Positions 47,862-58,716 of a stretch of 64,000 nucleotides of DNA are shown in pieces. The notes beneath the pieces are model-generated. The model searched no databases, was not told the DNA's origin, and saw only the letters and a program-made list of their open reading frames with translations. Source of the DNA: an uncultured bacterium. GTDB lineage: Bacteria > Krumholzibacteriota > Krumholzibacteriia > LZORAL124-64-63. The stretch's first letter is position 1. Each line of letters opens with the position of its first letter. Position numbers and translations under genes: made by a program. The stretch covers positions 544,001-608,000 of the forward strand of contig CAVSGO010000007.1 of NCBI GenBank assembly GCA_963727525.1, given 5' to 3'.

Positions 47862-49310
47862 ATGGATATCAAGATGGGTATGCATCAGGGGATGCATCTG
47901 AAGCAGCAGATCGTCATGACCCAGCGCCTGCAGCAGGCACTCAAGCTCCTGCAGGTGCCCACGCTCGAACTGGAGGCGATTCTACGCATGGAGCTGCAGG
48001 GCAATCCCCTGCTGGAAGAGGTGGAGCCGGGCGAAGACGGCGACGAGTCCGAGGATACGGATCAGGAGTCGGCGAACGAGACCGACGACGAGCCCACGAC
48101 CGCGGAGGCGACGGCCGACGTCGCGGGCGAGGGCGTCGACTGGGACGAGTACTTCAAGGACGGCTTCCGCAACACGCAGAGCGAACCCGAGTACGAGGAC
48201 GAGGATCAGCTCGAGCGCCCGCCGGTGTACATGCCCACGGGACAGGAGCACCTGGTCGATCAGCTCCACATGGCGGTGGACGACGAGCACGACCGCCGCA
48301 TCGGCGAGTACATCATCGGCTGCCTGAACGGCGACGGCTTCCTGGCAGCGCCGGCCACGGAGATCGCCGCCTACTTCGAGGTGTCGGTGGAAGAGGTCGA
48401 GCGCGTGCTGAAGATCATCCAGCAGTTCGATCCGCCGGGCGTGGCCTCGCGCGATCTGGCGGAGTGTCTGCTGCTGCAGCTCCAGGCGCGCGGACAGGGC
48501 GATTCCCTCGAGGCCCGCATCGTGCGCGACCATTTCGAGGATCTCAAGAACCGCAGGTTCGCTGACATGGCGCGCGCCCTTAAGATCACGCCACTGGAAG
48601 TGCAGGAACTGTCGGCCAGCATCGGCGAGCTCGATCCCCGGCCCGGCATGACCAACGGTGGCGAGGGCGCGCGCCCGATCGTGCCAGATCTCGTGGTGGA
48701 GAAGGTGGACGAGGATGGTGACGACTACGTCGTCTATCTGAACGACGGCAACTTACCGCGCCTACGCGTGAGCAAAGCCTACGACGATACGCTGCGCGAG
48801 AGCACGAACCGCCAAGACGACGCCGTGCAGTTCATCGACGAGAAGAAGCGCTATGCCGAGTGGATCATCAAGACCATCGAGCAGCGTAGGCGGACGATGA
48901 TCAAGGTCATGGAAGCGATCGTGCGCGAGCAGAAGGACTTCTTCGAGCGCGGTGCCATCGCGCTCAGACCGCTCACGTTGCAGCAGGTGGCCAGTGCCAT
49001 CGACATGCACGAATCCACCGTGTCGCGCGTCACGCGTCAGAAATACGTGCAGACGCCGCGCGGGGTGTTCCCACTGAAGTACTTCTTCTCGGCGGGACTG
49101 GACACCGACGAGGGCAGCGAGGTGGCCGCCAAGGCGGTCAAGATGATGATCAGGGAAATCGTCGACGGCGAGAACACGAAGCGTCCGCTGTCGGACAAGA
49201 AGATCGTGGACATCCTCGGGCAGCGCGGCCTGAAGATCGCCCGCCGCACCGTGGCGAAGTACCGCGAGCAGATGGGTATCCTCAACGCGCGCATGCGCAA
49301 GCAGTTCTGA
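47862..49310 (+). CDS. rpoN: RNA polymerase sigma-54 factor
   Basis: Gln-rich region I, HESTVSR, PLSD, RpoN box ARRTVAKYRE. Confidence 0.97.
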   Translation: MDIKMGMHQGMHLKQQIVMTQRLQQALKLLQVPTLELEAILRMELQGNPLLEEVEPGEDGDESEDTDQESANETDDEPTTAEATADVAGEGVDWDEYFKDGFRNTQSEPEYEDEDQLERPPVYMPTGQEHLVDQLHMAVDDEHDRRIGEYIIGCLNGDGFLAAPATEIAAYFEVSVEEVERVLKIIQQFDPPGVASRDLAECLLLQLQARGQGDSLEARIVRDHFEDLKNRRFADMARALKITPLEVQELSASIGELDPRPGMTNGGEGARPIVPDLVVEKVDEDGDDYVVYLNDGNLPRLRVSKAYDDTLRESTNRQDDAVQFIDEKKRYAEWIIKTIEQRRRTMIKVMEAIVREQKDFFERGAIALRPLTLQQVASAIDMHESTVSRVTRQKYVQTPRGVFPLKYFFSAGLDTDEGSEVAAKAVKMMIREIVDGENTKRPLSDKKIVDILGQRGLKIARRTVAKYREQMGILNARMRKQF

Positions 49311-49331
49311 CATCGACCGGAGGAGGAGATC

Positions 49332-49868
49332 ATGGACATCGAGATCAAGACTCGCCATTTCCAGCTCGATGATGAGGCGCGCGAGAAGATCGCGGCGCAG
49401 ATGGAGAAGCTGGAACGGTTCAGTCCGCGGCCGGTGCAGGAGGCGAAGCTCACCCTGACGTTCGACAACGACGAGTTCGAGTGCGACGCGGTGCTCTTCC
49501 TCAGCCATCAGGAGTTCCGGGCCCGCCACCGCGGCACCGAGCCCGAGCTGGCGACCGCCGGCGCCGCGGAGAACCTCCAGCGGCAGCTCGAGAAGTTCAA
49601 GGGGAAGGTCAGCGCGAAGCAGCGCGCCGAGCCGGGCGGGCTGGGACGCGCCATGGCGCCGGGCGATGGCGAGCTCGCGAGTGAGATGATGGTCACCCCG
49701 GGGGGCGGTTTCGAGCTGCGCGACCTCGACCTGGAGACGGCCCGGGAGGCGTACGGCGAGTCGGACGCGCCGTTCCTCGTGTTCCGCAACATCGAGACGA
49801 CGCGCATCGCGGTGGTTTACGCGATGCCGGACGGCAAGCTCGGCGTGATGGAAGCCCGCAACGACTAG
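49332..49868 (+). CDS. hpf: ribosome hibernation promoting factor, long form
   Basis: follows rpoN; IEIKTRH, KLERF, LQRQLEKFK; C-terminal FLVFRN...VVY...DG. Confidence 0.88.
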   Translation: MDIEIKTRHFQLDDEAREKIAAQMEKLERFSPRPVQEAKLTLTFDNDEFECDAVLFLSHQEFRARHRGTEPELATAGAAENLQRQLEKFKGKVSAKQRAEPGGLGRAMAPGDGELASEMMVTPGGGFELRDLDLETAREAYGESDAPFLVFRNIETTRIAVVYAMPDGKLGVMEARND

Positions 49869-49901
49869 GCGACACGACGCGCACACGATGCTGGAGGATT
49901 C

Positions 49902-50873
49902 ATGGGCGAGACCACGTCGGTCCAGAAGCTGTTCGCCGACCTGCGCGAGATGCTGGGGCTGGAAGCGCTCACGCCCCTGCCGGACGCGCCGTTGCCCCTG
50001 ACGGCACCGGACGTCCATCGCCCCGGCATGGCGGTGATGGGTTTCACCGAGAACTTCCTGCCCGACCGCATCCAGATCATGGGTGAGTCGGAGATGGCCT
50101 ACATCGGCGGACTCGACGGCACTCGGCAGCGCGAGGCGTTCGCGCAGGTGCTGTCGCTGTCGCCTCCTGCGATGATCGTCACGCGCAGTCTGCCGGTGCC
50201 CGAGGTGGTGCTCGACATGGCGCGCGAGCGCGATTTTCCGCTGCTGCGCTCGCGCCGGTCCGCGGTGACGGTGGCGAAGGAGCTGACGCGGTACCTCGAG
50301 CGGGCCTTCGCGCCTACCTGCGAGGTGCACGGCACGCTCGTGGACGTCTACGGGGTGGGCCTGCTCTTTACCGGCCGCAGCGGGATCGGCAAGAGCGAGT
50401 GCGCTCTCGATCTCGTGGAACGAGGGCACCGGCTGGTGGCCGACGACATCGTGGATGTGATGCGGATCAGCGACAACATCCTGATCGGCCGCTACCGGCC
50501 GCTGCTGCAGCACAACATCGAGATACGCGGCGTGGGCGTGATCGACGTGCAGGCCATCTTCGGCATCCATGCGATCCGTATGCAGAAGCGCATCGAGGTG
50601 GAGGTGCAACTCCAGGAGTGGGACGACGGCATGGACTACGAGCGCGTCGGCATGGAGCGGCGCACCACCGAGATCCTGGGCGTGGAGATCCCGCAGGTGA
50701 TCCTACCGCTGAACCCGGGCAAGAACATCACCGTCATCTCCGAGGTGATCGCGCTGGACTTCATGCTCAAGGTCTACGGTTACGACTCCGCGCGCATCCT
50801 CAACGATCGGATCGTGAAATCGATGCGGCACAGCCAGCGGTTGCGACGTTACCTGGAGCAGGATCAGGAATGA
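49902..50873 (+). CDS. hprK: HPr kinase/phosphorylase
   Basis: HGTLVDVYGVG, GRSGIGKSE, HRLVADD, EIRGVG. Confidence 0.96.
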   Translation: MGETTSVQKLFADLREMLGLEALTPLPDAPLPLTAPDVHRPGMAVMGFTENFLPDRIQIMGESEMAYIGGLDGTRQREAFAQVLSLSPPAMIVTRSLPVPEVVLDMARERDFPLLRSRRSAVTVAKELTRYLERAFAPTCEVHGTLVDVYGVGLLFTGRSGIGKSECALDLVERGHRLVADDIVDVMRISDNILIGRYRPLLQHNIEIRGVGVIDVQAIFGIHAIRMQKRIEVEVQLQEWDDGMDYERVGMERRTTEILGVEIPQVILPLNPGKNITVISEVIALDFMLKVYGYDSARILNDRIVKSMRHSQRLRRYLEQDQE

Positions 50874-50922
50874 GCAGGCATGGCGCCCCCGCAGGGGGCA
50901 CCGTCGACAGGAGCGTGGCGCG

Positions 50923-51315
50923 ATGATCAAGGCCCTGGTGCTGACGCACGGCAACGTGGGGGGCGAACTGGTGAAGGTGGTGGAGCTCATTCTCGGACCG
51001 ACCGAGGGGCTGAGCGCCGAGACCAACCAGGGACGCTCGGCGCTGGCCGTGACCGACGTAGTACGCGGCTGGATCGCCGGCTGCGATCCCGACGCCGGCG
51101 CGCTGATCATGATCGACGACTACGGTGGCAGCTGCGCGAACGCGTCCCGCCTCGCGGTCAACCCGTCGGTGCCTGTGGTGATCCTCAGCGGCGTGAACCT
51201 GGCGATGCTGCTCGGGTACGTGACATGGCGCGACGACCTCGGGCTCGTCGAACTCGCGACGCGCCTCGTGGCCAAGGGGCGCGAGGCCATCACGCGAGTG
51301 GGCGGCGGTTCATGA
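50923..51315 (+). CDS. PTS mannose/fructose-family EIIA
   Basis: LTHG, D.YGGS..N, SGVNLAML. Confidence 0.9.
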   Translation: MIKALVLTHGNVGGELVKVVELILGPTEGLSAETNQGRSALAVTDVVRGWIAGCDPDAGALIMIDDYGGSCANASRLAVNPSVPVVILSGVNLAMLLGYVTWRDDLGLVELATRLVAKGREAITRVGGGS

Positions 51316-51821
51316 CGAACGTGGTGCTCGCGCGGATCGACGATCGCTTCATCCACGGCCAGGTGACGGTCGGCTGGGGGCAGGCCCTGCGCCCGGACCA
51401 TCTCGTGCTCGCGAACACGGAGATCGCGGCTGACCCGTGGCAAAGTCGCGTGTACGCCAGCTCGGCGCCGCCGTCTCTTGGCGTGTCCGTACTCACACCC
51501 CAGGATGCGGCGGCGAATCTGCGCGACGACGACGGCGCGCTCGGGCGCGCGCGGCGGGTGATCGTGATCACCGGGTCGCCGGCGGACATGCTCGCCATCG
51601 TCGACGGCGGTGTGGCGCTGACGCGCGTGAACATCGGTGGCATGCACTTCGCGCCGGGCAAGCAGGAGATCGTACCGTCGGTGTGGGTGGACCGCAACGA
51701 CCTCGCGGCGTTGCGGCTCCTGCGCACCCGCGAGATCGCGCTCAACGTGCAGTCGCTGCCGGGCGCCCGTGAGGTCTGGCTCGACGACGGGCACTTCGCC
51801 GCGATGGAGGAACGCCTGTGA
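51312..51821 (+). CDS. PTS mannose/sorbose-family EIIB
   Basis: RIDDRFIHGQVTVGW, VNIGG. Confidence 0.93.
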   Translation: MTNVVLARIDDRFIHGQVTVGWGQALRPDHLVLANTEIAADPWQSRVYASSAPPSLGVSVLTPQDAAANLRDDDGALGRARRVIVITGSPADMLAIVDGGVALTRVNIGGMHFAPGKQEIVPSVWVDRNDLAALRLLRTREIALNVQSLPGAREVWLDDGHFAAMEERL

Positions 51822-52576
51822 CCGAGTTGCTCGAGGTTGGAGCGCCGCTTGCCGGGGATCCCTGGACCTGGCTGGCTCTCGTCGGTCTCGGGGCGCTCCT
51901 CGCGCTCGACGAGACGAGCCTCGGGCAGACGTGGCTGAGCATGCCGGTTCCCACGGGGCTCCTGGCCGGACTCATCGTGGGCCGCCCGGACGTGGGGCTG
52001 GCGGTGGGCGTCCTCTTCCAGCTCGCCACGGTGGGCAACCTGCCGGTGGGGATGAACTTCACCCTCGATCCGGTGGGAGCGGTGATCGGCATGACCGGCG
52101 CGACCGTGCTCGGTGGCTGGGCACCGGCGTCGCTGCTGGCGCCGCACGCGGCCGCGCACTGGGGCTGGTTGCTGCTGGGGACGTGTCTGGCCAGCCTGGC
52201 CGGCCATGCGGCGCTGGAGGCGGAACGCGGACTGCATCTGCGCTGGATGCTGGTGGCCTACCGCACGCTGCGCGATGGCAAGCTGGGGCGGATCGATCGT
52301 CTGCAAACGCGGTGTCTGATGGGCACGGCGGCGCGGGGCGCTCTCCTTACGCTGCTATGGCTGGTGCTGGCCGAGGTGGCGTGGCTGCCGGCATATGCCC
52401 TGCTGCCAGACAGCGGGCGGCGCGCGCTGGCGCTGGTGATCGTGATCGTGCCGGGGTTGGCGGTGGGCTCCCTGATCGACCGCTACGGTCGGCGCGGTGC
52501 GGGACCCGTCGTCGCGGCGTGGGCCGTGGGCGGGTTCCTGGTGACGCGATTCGTCCTGGCCCGGATTCTCTTCTAG
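51818..52576 (+). CDS. PTS mannose-family EIIC
   Basis: hydrophobic; LALD...GQ...P...G.L.G, LPVG; lies between IIB and IID. Confidence 0.82.
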   Translation: MTELLEVGAPLAGDPWTWLALVGLGALLALDETSLGQTWLSMPVPTGLLAGLIVGRPDVGLAVGVLFQLATVGNLPVGMNFTLDPVGAVIGMTGATVLGGWAPASLLAPHAAAHWGWLLLGTCLASLAGHAALEAERGLHLRWMLVAYRTLRDGKLGRIDRLQTRCLMGTAARGALLTLLWLVLAEVAWLPAYALLPDSGRRALALVIVIVPGLAVGSLIDRYGRRGAGPVVAAWAVGGFLVTRFVLARILF

Positions 52577-52588
52577 GACGGCGAGACG

Positions 52589-53377
52589 GTGACGACGAGA
52601 ACCGACAACACCACCGCGACCGTGCCGGGCCTGCCCCGGCTCGCCGGCGCGGTCTACCGTCGCTCGCTGGCCCTGCAGGCCTCGTGGAACACGCAACGCA
52701 TGCAGAATCTCGGTCTCCTGGCCTGTTTCGTGCCGTGGTTGCGGCTGCGTCAGCTCGCGCCGGAACGTCAGCGTCGCTTCTGCCGTCGTCACTTCGGCTA
52801 CTTCAACACGAATCCGTATCTTGCCAATCTCATCATCGGCGGCCTCCTGCGTCTCGAGGACGATCAGGCCAGGGGTGAGACCGCGCTCCCGGAAGCCACG
52901 ATCGTCGGGTACCGGGACACGCTGGCGCGGGCCTGCGGATCGCTGGGTGATCAGCTGTTCTGGCTGGGCCTGCGGCCGATGGTGGCGCTCCTGACAGTGC
53001 TGCTGGCCGTCGCGGGACAGGGCCTGGCTGCGGTGGGCGTCGTCGTGGCTTTCGCGGCGTGTCAGATGATCCTGCGCGCGCGCTGGCTCGAGGTCGGCTA
53101 TGCCTCCGGCCTCGACATCGTCGACATTCTGGCGAACCCGGCCTGGCACCGCGCCATCGTCGCCGCGAAGCGTGCGGCGCTGGCCTTGACGGGATTGGTG
53201 GCCGGGCTTTACTTCGCGGGCATCCTCGATCGCGCCGGGGGGACCTCGCTCATCGTTCTGGTGGCGGCAGCGCTCGGGGGGATCGTCCTGCCCTCGTTGC
53301 TGCGACAGCGTGTGCCGGGCGAGGCCCAGCTCGTCCTGAGTCTGGCCCTCGCCTGGGTCCTGGCCTTGCTTCTGTGA
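52589..53377 (+). CDS. PTS mannose-family EIID
   Basis: QASWNTQRMQNLG, FNTNPY, GDQLFW...RP. Confidence 0.9.
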   Translation: MTTRTDNTTATVPGLPRLAGAVYRRSLALQASWNTQRMQNLGLLACFVPWLRLRQLAPERQRRFCRRHFGYFNTNPYLANLIIGGLLRLEDDQARGETALPEATIVGYRDTLARACGSLGDQLFWLGLRPMVALLTVLLAVAGQGLAAVGVVVAFAACQMILRARWLEVGYASGLDIVDILANPAWHRAIVAAKRAALALTGLVAGLYFAGILDRAGGTSLIVLVAAALGGIVLPSLLRQRVPGEAQLVLSLALAWVLALLL

Positions 53378-53432
53378 GCCGCCGTACCTGGCGCCGCCCG
53401 CGTGGAACGGGCGATTCGCCGGAAAGGATGCC

Positions 53433-53705
53433 TTGAAGACTGGAAACGCCACCGTCGCCGACCCCGTGGGCTTTCATCTGCGGGCCGCCGGCCGGATCGT
53501 CAAGCTGACGAAGCTGTTCACGTGCGAGGTGACTATCCGCTACAATGGACGCCTCGCCAACGCGAAGAGCATCATGGGCCTGGCGAGCCTCGCGGCCGAG
53601 TTCGGCGCGGTCGTCGAGATCACATGTGACGGCCCGGACGAGGAAACGGCGCTCGCGCAGCTCGAGCGTCTGATCGGCGTGGACCTCGCCCACCCCGAGA
53701 CGTAG
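53433..53705 (+). CDS. ptsH: phosphocarrier HPr
   Basis: GFHLRAA (His15), NAKSIMG (Ser46), GPDE. Confidence 0.92.
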   Translation: MKTGNATVADPVGFHLRAAGRIVKLTKLFTCEVTIRYNGRLANAKSIMGLASLAAEFGAVVEITCDGPDEETALAQLERLIGVDLAHPET

Positions 53706-53715
53706 CGAGGAGACG

Positions 53716-55476
53716 ATGCAGGAGTTCGCCGGCATTCCCGCCGCTCCCGGCTACGCGGTCGGTCCCGTGCATGTCGTGCGCAAGACCGTGATCGCGGTGC
53801 CGCGGCGCACGATCCGCCCCGTCGAGGTGGCGGCGGAGCGCGCTCGCTTCGAGTCGGCGGTGAAGCGGGCGGCCGACGAGCTGAAGGACCTCATCGACAA
53901 GCTCGAACGGGAGCTGGGGCCGGAGGAGGCCAGGATCCTCTCGAGCCAGCTCCTCATGCTCGAGGACGAGATGGTGTGGGACGCCACGCTGGCGCACATC
54001 CGCACCGGCCTGGTGAATGCCGAGGCGGCGTTCGCCCGTGCGGTCGGCGACATCGTCCTGCAGTTCGACGGCGTGAAGGAGGAGGCGTTACGCGAGCGTG
54101 TCACGGACCTGCACGACCTCGAGCATCGGGTGCTGCAAGCCTTCGCGGGCAACGGCGGCGACGGCGATGTGACGCCGGAGGTGCCGAGCCTGCTGGCCGC
54201 GGCCAACCTCACCCCCAGCGAGACGGCGGCGATCGATCGTCACCGGCTGCTGGGATTCCTCATGGACGAGGGGGGGGCTACCAGTCACGTGGCCATCCTC
54301 GCGCGCTCGCTGGGCGTGCCCGCGGTGGTCGGCCTGGGCGGCGTGGCCAGCACCATCGCGCCCGGTGCGGAGGTGGCTCTCGACGGCAACGTGGGGCGCG
54401 TGATCCTCGAGCCCGACGAGGAGACGCGCGACCGCTTCCGCAACCTCACGCAGCATCAGATCACCGTCAGTCGCAAGCTCGACTATCTCAAAGATCTGCC
54501 GGCCGAAACACTCGATGGGCACCGTGTGCATATGTTCGTGAACATCGAGCTGCCGGTGGAGCTGGACGAGGCGCTGGCGCGCGGTGCCGAGGGCGTGGGT
54601 CTGCTGCGCACCGAGTATCTCTATTTCCAGCATCACGACATCCCGAGCGAGGAGGAGCAGGTGCGCATCTACACGCGCGTGCTCCATCGCATGGGCGAGC
54701 GCGTGGTGATCTTCCGCACGCTCGACGTGGGTGGCGACAAGGTGAGCGACTATCTGGGGGCCAAGCGCGAGTACAATCCGTTCCTCGGCTGGCGCGGCAT
54801 CCGTTTCTCGCTCTCCAATCCTGGGCTCTTCAAGACGCAGATCCGCGCCATCTATCGGGCCGCCGCAACTGGCCGCGCCGCGCTCATGTTCCCGATGATC
54901 ACGGGGGTCGACGAGCTACGGCGCGCCAAGGCCATCTGCGCGGATGTGCGCGAGGATCTGGTGCGCGAGGGTGTACCGCATGGTGCGAGCGTGCCGATCG
55001 GCATCATGGTGGAGACGCCGTCGGCGGCCATGGTATCCGAGCTACTCGCTCGCGAGTGCGACTTCTTCAGCATCGGTTCGAACGATCTCATCCAGTACAC
55101 GCTGGCCATGGATCGGGGCAACAGCCGTGTCGCCTATCTCTACCGGCCGCTCCATCCGGCGATCCTGCGCAGCATCGACCGCGTCGTGAAGGCCGGGCAT
55201 GCCGCCGGGATCCCGGTGGGGCTGTGCGGCGAGATGGGGTCGGAGACGCGGTTGGCCGAGACGTTGCTCGGACTCGGCCTCGACGAGATCAGCCTGCACA
55301 GCGCCGCGTTGCCGAAGGTGAAGCAGGTGATCCGCTGGACCGGATACGACGAGGCCCGACGCCTCGTCGACCATCTTCTCACACTGGCCACCGCCGACGA
55401 CGTCGACAACGCCCTGGCGGAATACATCAACGCGCGCAAGGCGGACCGCTTGCCCAACGCAGGAGAGACATCGTGA
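53716..55476 (+). CDS. ptsI: PTS enzyme I
   Basis: TSHVAILAR, GVGLLRTE, RTLDVGGDK, NPFLGWRGIR, FSIGSNDLIQY, CGE. Confidence 0.96.
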   Translation: MQEFAGIPAAPGYAVGPVHVVRKTVIAVPRRTIRPVEVAAERARFESAVKRAADELKDLIDKLERELGPEEARILSSQLLMLEDEMVWDATLAHIRTGLVNAEAAFARAVGDIVLQFDGVKEEALRERVTDLHDLEHRVLQAFAGNGGDGDVTPEVPSLLAAANLTPSETAAIDRHRLLGFLMDEGGATSHVAILARSLGVPAVVGLGGVASTIAPGAEVALDGNVGRVILEPDEETRDRFRNLTQHQITVSRKLDYLKDLPAETLDGHRVHMFVNIELPVELDEALARGAEGVGLLRTEYLYFQHHDIPSEEEQVRIYTRVLHRMGERVVIFRTLDVGGDKVSDYLGAKREYNPFLGWRGIRFSLSNPGLFKTQIRAIYRAAATGRAALMFPMITGVDELRRAKAICADVREDLVREGVPHGASVPIGIMVETPSAAMVSELLARECDFFSIGSNDLIQYTLAMDRGNSRVAYLYRPLHPAILRSIDRVVKAGHAAGIPVGLCGEMGSETRLAETLLGLGLDEISLHSAALPKVKQVIRWTGYDEARRLVDHLLTLATADDVDNALAEYINARKADRLPNAGETS

Positions 55477-56492
55477 CGGACAAGCCCGACGCGGGCCTTG
55501 CTCGCATGGTCTCCCTGGTGCACGACTGGCCCGCACAACTGCGGGCCGGCGCCGCGCTGCCCGGCCTCGCGGCCGTGCAGCCGCTGGCACGGCCACCGCG
55601 GCAGATCGTGTTCTGCGGCATGGGTGGATCGGCCATGTCCGGCGCCCTGCTGCCCTTGCTCTGGCCGGGCTCGCCGCGGCCCTGGTTCGTGCACCGCGAC
55701 GAGGGTTTGCCGCCCTGGGTGGATGCTGACACCCTCGTCATCGCCAGCAGCTACTCGGGCGAAACGGCCGAGACGCTGGCCGCCGTGGCGACCGCCCGTG
55801 CGCGCGGGTGTCCGCTGGCGGCGCTGACCTGTGGTGGGCGCCTCGCCTCTCGCGCGGCCGAGAACGGTGGGTTCCCCGTGGTCACGCTTCCGGCCGGGCA
55901 GCCACCGCGCACGGCTCTGGGCTTCAGCTTCGCAGGGCTGCTGCACCTGTTGCACCGGCTCGGCCTGGGCCAGGATCCGACGGTGGCGCTCCTGGCGGCG
56001 GCCGCGCACCTGGAAGCCCATCGCGACGATCCCGACGTGGCGCCCATCGCGGCGGGGCTGGCCGGGCGCTTCGTGATGATCTACACTGCCGGGGACGAAG
56101 CCCACGCGGCCGGTCTGCGGCTCAAGGCCCAGCTCAACGAGAACGCGAAGTTGCCCGCGGCCGTGGCTCAGTTCCCCGAGCTGACCCACAACGACGTCGT
56201 CGGCTGGCGGCTCACGCCGCGGCAGCGGGACGCGTTCGCGCTGCTGGTTCTGCGCGGCGGCGACGAGACGCCAGCCGGACGCAAACGCGTGGGTATCACG
56301 CTGGATCTCGTCCGCGAGGAGTTCGCCTCCGTCCAGGAGGTGTACGCGGCGGGCGCGACGGCGCTTGAGCGTGTGCTCGGGTTGATCTACTGGGGTGATC
56401 GGCTCAGCGTCGCGCTGGCGCGCGAGGCGGGAGTCGATCCCATGCCCATCGTGCGCATCGATGCGCTGAAGCGACGCATGGTCGAGGAGTGA
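55473..56492 (+). CDS. bifunctional phosphoglucose/phosphomannose isomerase
   Basis: GMGGSA, SYSGETAE, PPR, QLNENAK, PELTHN, GVDP. Confidence 0.88.
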   Translation: MTDKPDAGLARMVSLVHDWPAQLRAGAALPGLAAVQPLARPPRQIVFCGMGGSAMSGALLPLLWPGSPRPWFVHRDEGLPPWVDADTLVIASSYSGETAETLAAVATARARGCPLAALTCGGRLASRAAENGGFPVVTLPAGQPPRTALGFSFAGLLHLLHRLGLGQDPTVALLAAAAHLEAHRDDPDVAPIAAGLAGRFVMIYTAGDEAHAAGLRLKAQLNENAKLPAAVAQFPELTHNDVVGWRLTPRQRDAFALLVLRGGDETPAGRKRVGITLDLVREEFASVQEVYAAGATALERVLGLIYWGDRLSVALAREAGVDPMPIVRIDALKRRMVEE

Positions 56493-56496
56493 CGGT

Positions 56497-57489
56497 ATGA
56501 AAGCGGTGATTCCCGCGGCGGGTGTCGGGACGCGTCTGCGCCCGCACACGCTCAACAAGCCCAAGGCGCTGCTTCCCGTGGCGGGCAAGCCCATCCTGGC
56601 GCACATCGTGGACGACCTCGCCGGGGCGGGTATCGACGAGTTCGTGATCATCGTCGGCTATCACGGCCAGGCGGTCCGCGACTGGTTCGCGGCCGAGCGG
56701 CCGCAGCTGACGATCCGGTACATCGAGCAGGAGCGGCGCCTGGGGCTGGGACACGCCATCTGGACCGCCCGCGAGGCCCTCGGCGACGAGCCTTTCTTCT
56801 GCGTGCTCGGCGACACCATCCTCAAGGCCGACTATGCCGCCCTCCTGGCCTGCCCGCAGAACATGATCGCGGTGCGAGAGGTGGAGGATCCCCGGCGCTT
56901 CGGCGTGGTCGTGCTCGAGGGCGAGCTGGTGACCGGCTTCGTGGAGAAACCCGCCGACCCGCCGAGCAATCTGGCGATCGTGGGTGCCTACCTGTTCCAT
57001 GACGCCGCAGCGCTCTGGACGGCCCTCGACCGCGTGGTCCACGAGGATGTGCGGACGCGCGGCGAGTACCAGCTCACCGACGGATTGCAATTCATGTTGC
57101 AATCCGGTGCCGTATTTCACACGGTGGTCGTGGACGATTGGTTCGACTGCGGCAAGGCGGATACCTGGCTGGCGACCAACCGGGTTCTGCTCGACCGCGC
57201 CGCTGCCGGCCGCGAGTCGCAGCCCGCCACGCCCGACGTCGTGCAACCCTGCGTCATTGCGCCGGGGGTCGTCATCACGGGATCGCGCGTCGGTCCCTAC
57301 GTCACCGTGGGCGCCGGCGCCCGGATCGAACACTGCGAACTGCGCGACTGCGTGATCGGCTCGGACACGCAGCTCGTGAACTGTCGCCTGCAGGCGAGTC
57401 TTGTCGGTGGCCATTGTCGCGTCGAAGGCGTACGCGGCGAGGTCAACATCGGGGATCATTGCGAGGTAAAGGAGAACGAGGAAGAATGA
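56497..57489 (+). CDS. sugar-phosphate nucleotidyltransferase (long glucose-1-P thymidylyltransferase type)
   Basis: [28 protein letters not shown], hexapeptide tail. Confidence 0.9.
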   Translation: MKAVIPAAGVGTRLRPHTLNKPKALLPVAGKPILAHIVDDLAGAGIDEFVIIVGYHGQAVRDWFAAERPQLTIRYIEQERRLGLGHAIWTAREALGDEPFFCVLGDTILKADYAALLACPQNMIAVREVEDPRRFGVVVLEGELVTGFVEKPADPPSNLAIVGAYLFHDAAALWTALDRVVHEDVRTRGEYQLTDGLQFMLQSGAVFHTVVVDDWFDCGKADTWLATNRVLLDRAAAGRESQPATPDVVQPCVIAPGVVITGSRVGPYVTVGAGARIEHCELRDCVIGSDTQLVNCRLQASLVGGHCRVEGVRGEVNIGDHCEVKENEEE

Positions 57490-58631
57490 GCGAACGGCAT
57501 CTCTTCACCAGCGAGTCCGTGACCGAGGGGCATCCCGACAAGGTCGCCGATCAGATCTCCGACGCGGTGGTCGACGCGATCCTGAAGGACGACCCACATG
57601 GCCGCGTGGCTTGCGAGACCCTCGTGACGACCGGCATGGCAATGGTGGCGGGCGAGATCTCCACGAGCACCTACATCGACATCCCGCGGATCGTGCGCAA
57701 GACAGTGGACGCCATCGGCTATGACGATAGCGCCTACGGGTTCGATGCCAAGAACTGCGCCATCCTCACCAGCATCGACGAGCAGTCGCCCGACATCTGG
57801 CAAGGCGTGGGCACCGGCGGTGCCGGCGATCAGGGGCTGATGTTCGGCTATGCGTGCCGCGAGACCGACGTGCTCATGCCGCTGCCGATCACCGTGGCCC
57901 ACCGCATGGCGCATCGCCTGGCCGAGGTACGCAAGCAGCGTCTGCTGCCCTGGGTGCGCCCTGACGGCAAGACGCAGGTGACGGTGGTCTACGAGGACAA
58001 CCAGCCCGTCGCCATCGACACGGTGGTGGTGTCGACCCAGCACGATGAGGACATCGCACACCGCGACATCTGCGACGCACTCAAGGAGCACGTCATCATA
58101 CCGACGCTGAAGCTCTTCGATGTGCCGTACGCGAAGCTCAAGACCCACATCAATCCCACGGGCAAGTTCGTCATCGGCGGACCGCAGGGTGACACCGGTC
58201 TGACGGGCCGCAAGATCATCGTCGACACCTACGGCGGATACGCGCCGCACGGCGGCGGCGCCTTCAGCGGCAAGGATCCTACCAAGGTCGACCGCTCGGC
58301 CTGCTACGCCGCGCGCTGGGTGGCGAAGAACATCGTGGCCGCCGAGCTGGCGGAACGTTGCATGGTACAGGTGGCGTACGCGATCGGCGTGGCCGAGCCG
58401 GTGTCGATCATGATCGACACCTACGGCACCGGTCGCGTTGCGGACGACCGCTTGACGGCGGCGGTACGCAAGGTCGTCGACCTCACGCCGGCTGGCATCA
58501 TGGATCGCCTCGACCTACGCCGACCCGTTTTTCTTGCCACGGCCGCCTACGGCCACTTCGGACGCGAGGAGGACGGTTTCACGTGGGAGAAGGCCGATCT
58601 CGTGGATGATCTGCGCAACGCGGCGAGCTAG
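57486..58631 (+). CDS. metK: S-adenosylmethionine synthetase
   Basis: [37 protein letters not shown]. Confidence 0.98.
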   Translation: MSERHLFTSESVTEGHPDKVADQISDAVVDAILKDDPHGRVACETLVTTGMAMVAGEISTSTYIDIPRIVRKTVDAIGYDDSAYGFDAKNCAILTSIDEQSPDIWQGVGTGGAGDQGLMFGYACRETDVLMPLPITVAHRMAHRLAEVRKQRLLPWVRPDGKTQVTVVYEDNQPVAIDTVVVSTQHDEDIAHRDICDALKEHVIIPTLKLFDVPYAKLKTHINPTGKFVIGGPQGDTGLTGRKIIVDTYGGYAPHGGGAFSGKDPTKVDRSACYAARWVAKNIVAAELAERCMVQVAYAIGVAEPVSIMIDTYGTGRVADDRLTAAVRKVVDLTPAGIMDRLDLRRPVFLATAAYGHFGREEDGFTWEKADLVDDLRNAAS

Positions 58632-58652
58632 CGAATTCGGTGGCGAAATAAC

Positions 58653-58680
58653 GAGGCCGGCAGCGTTCGCTGCCGGCCTC
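58653..58680. terminator. perfect inverted repeat between convergent genes
   Basis: GAGGCCGGCAGCG-TT-CGCTGCCGGCCTC. Confidence 0.7.
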
Positions 58681-58716
58681 TCTCGTGTCCGCGCCGAACG
58701 CGATCGTCCGCAGAGG

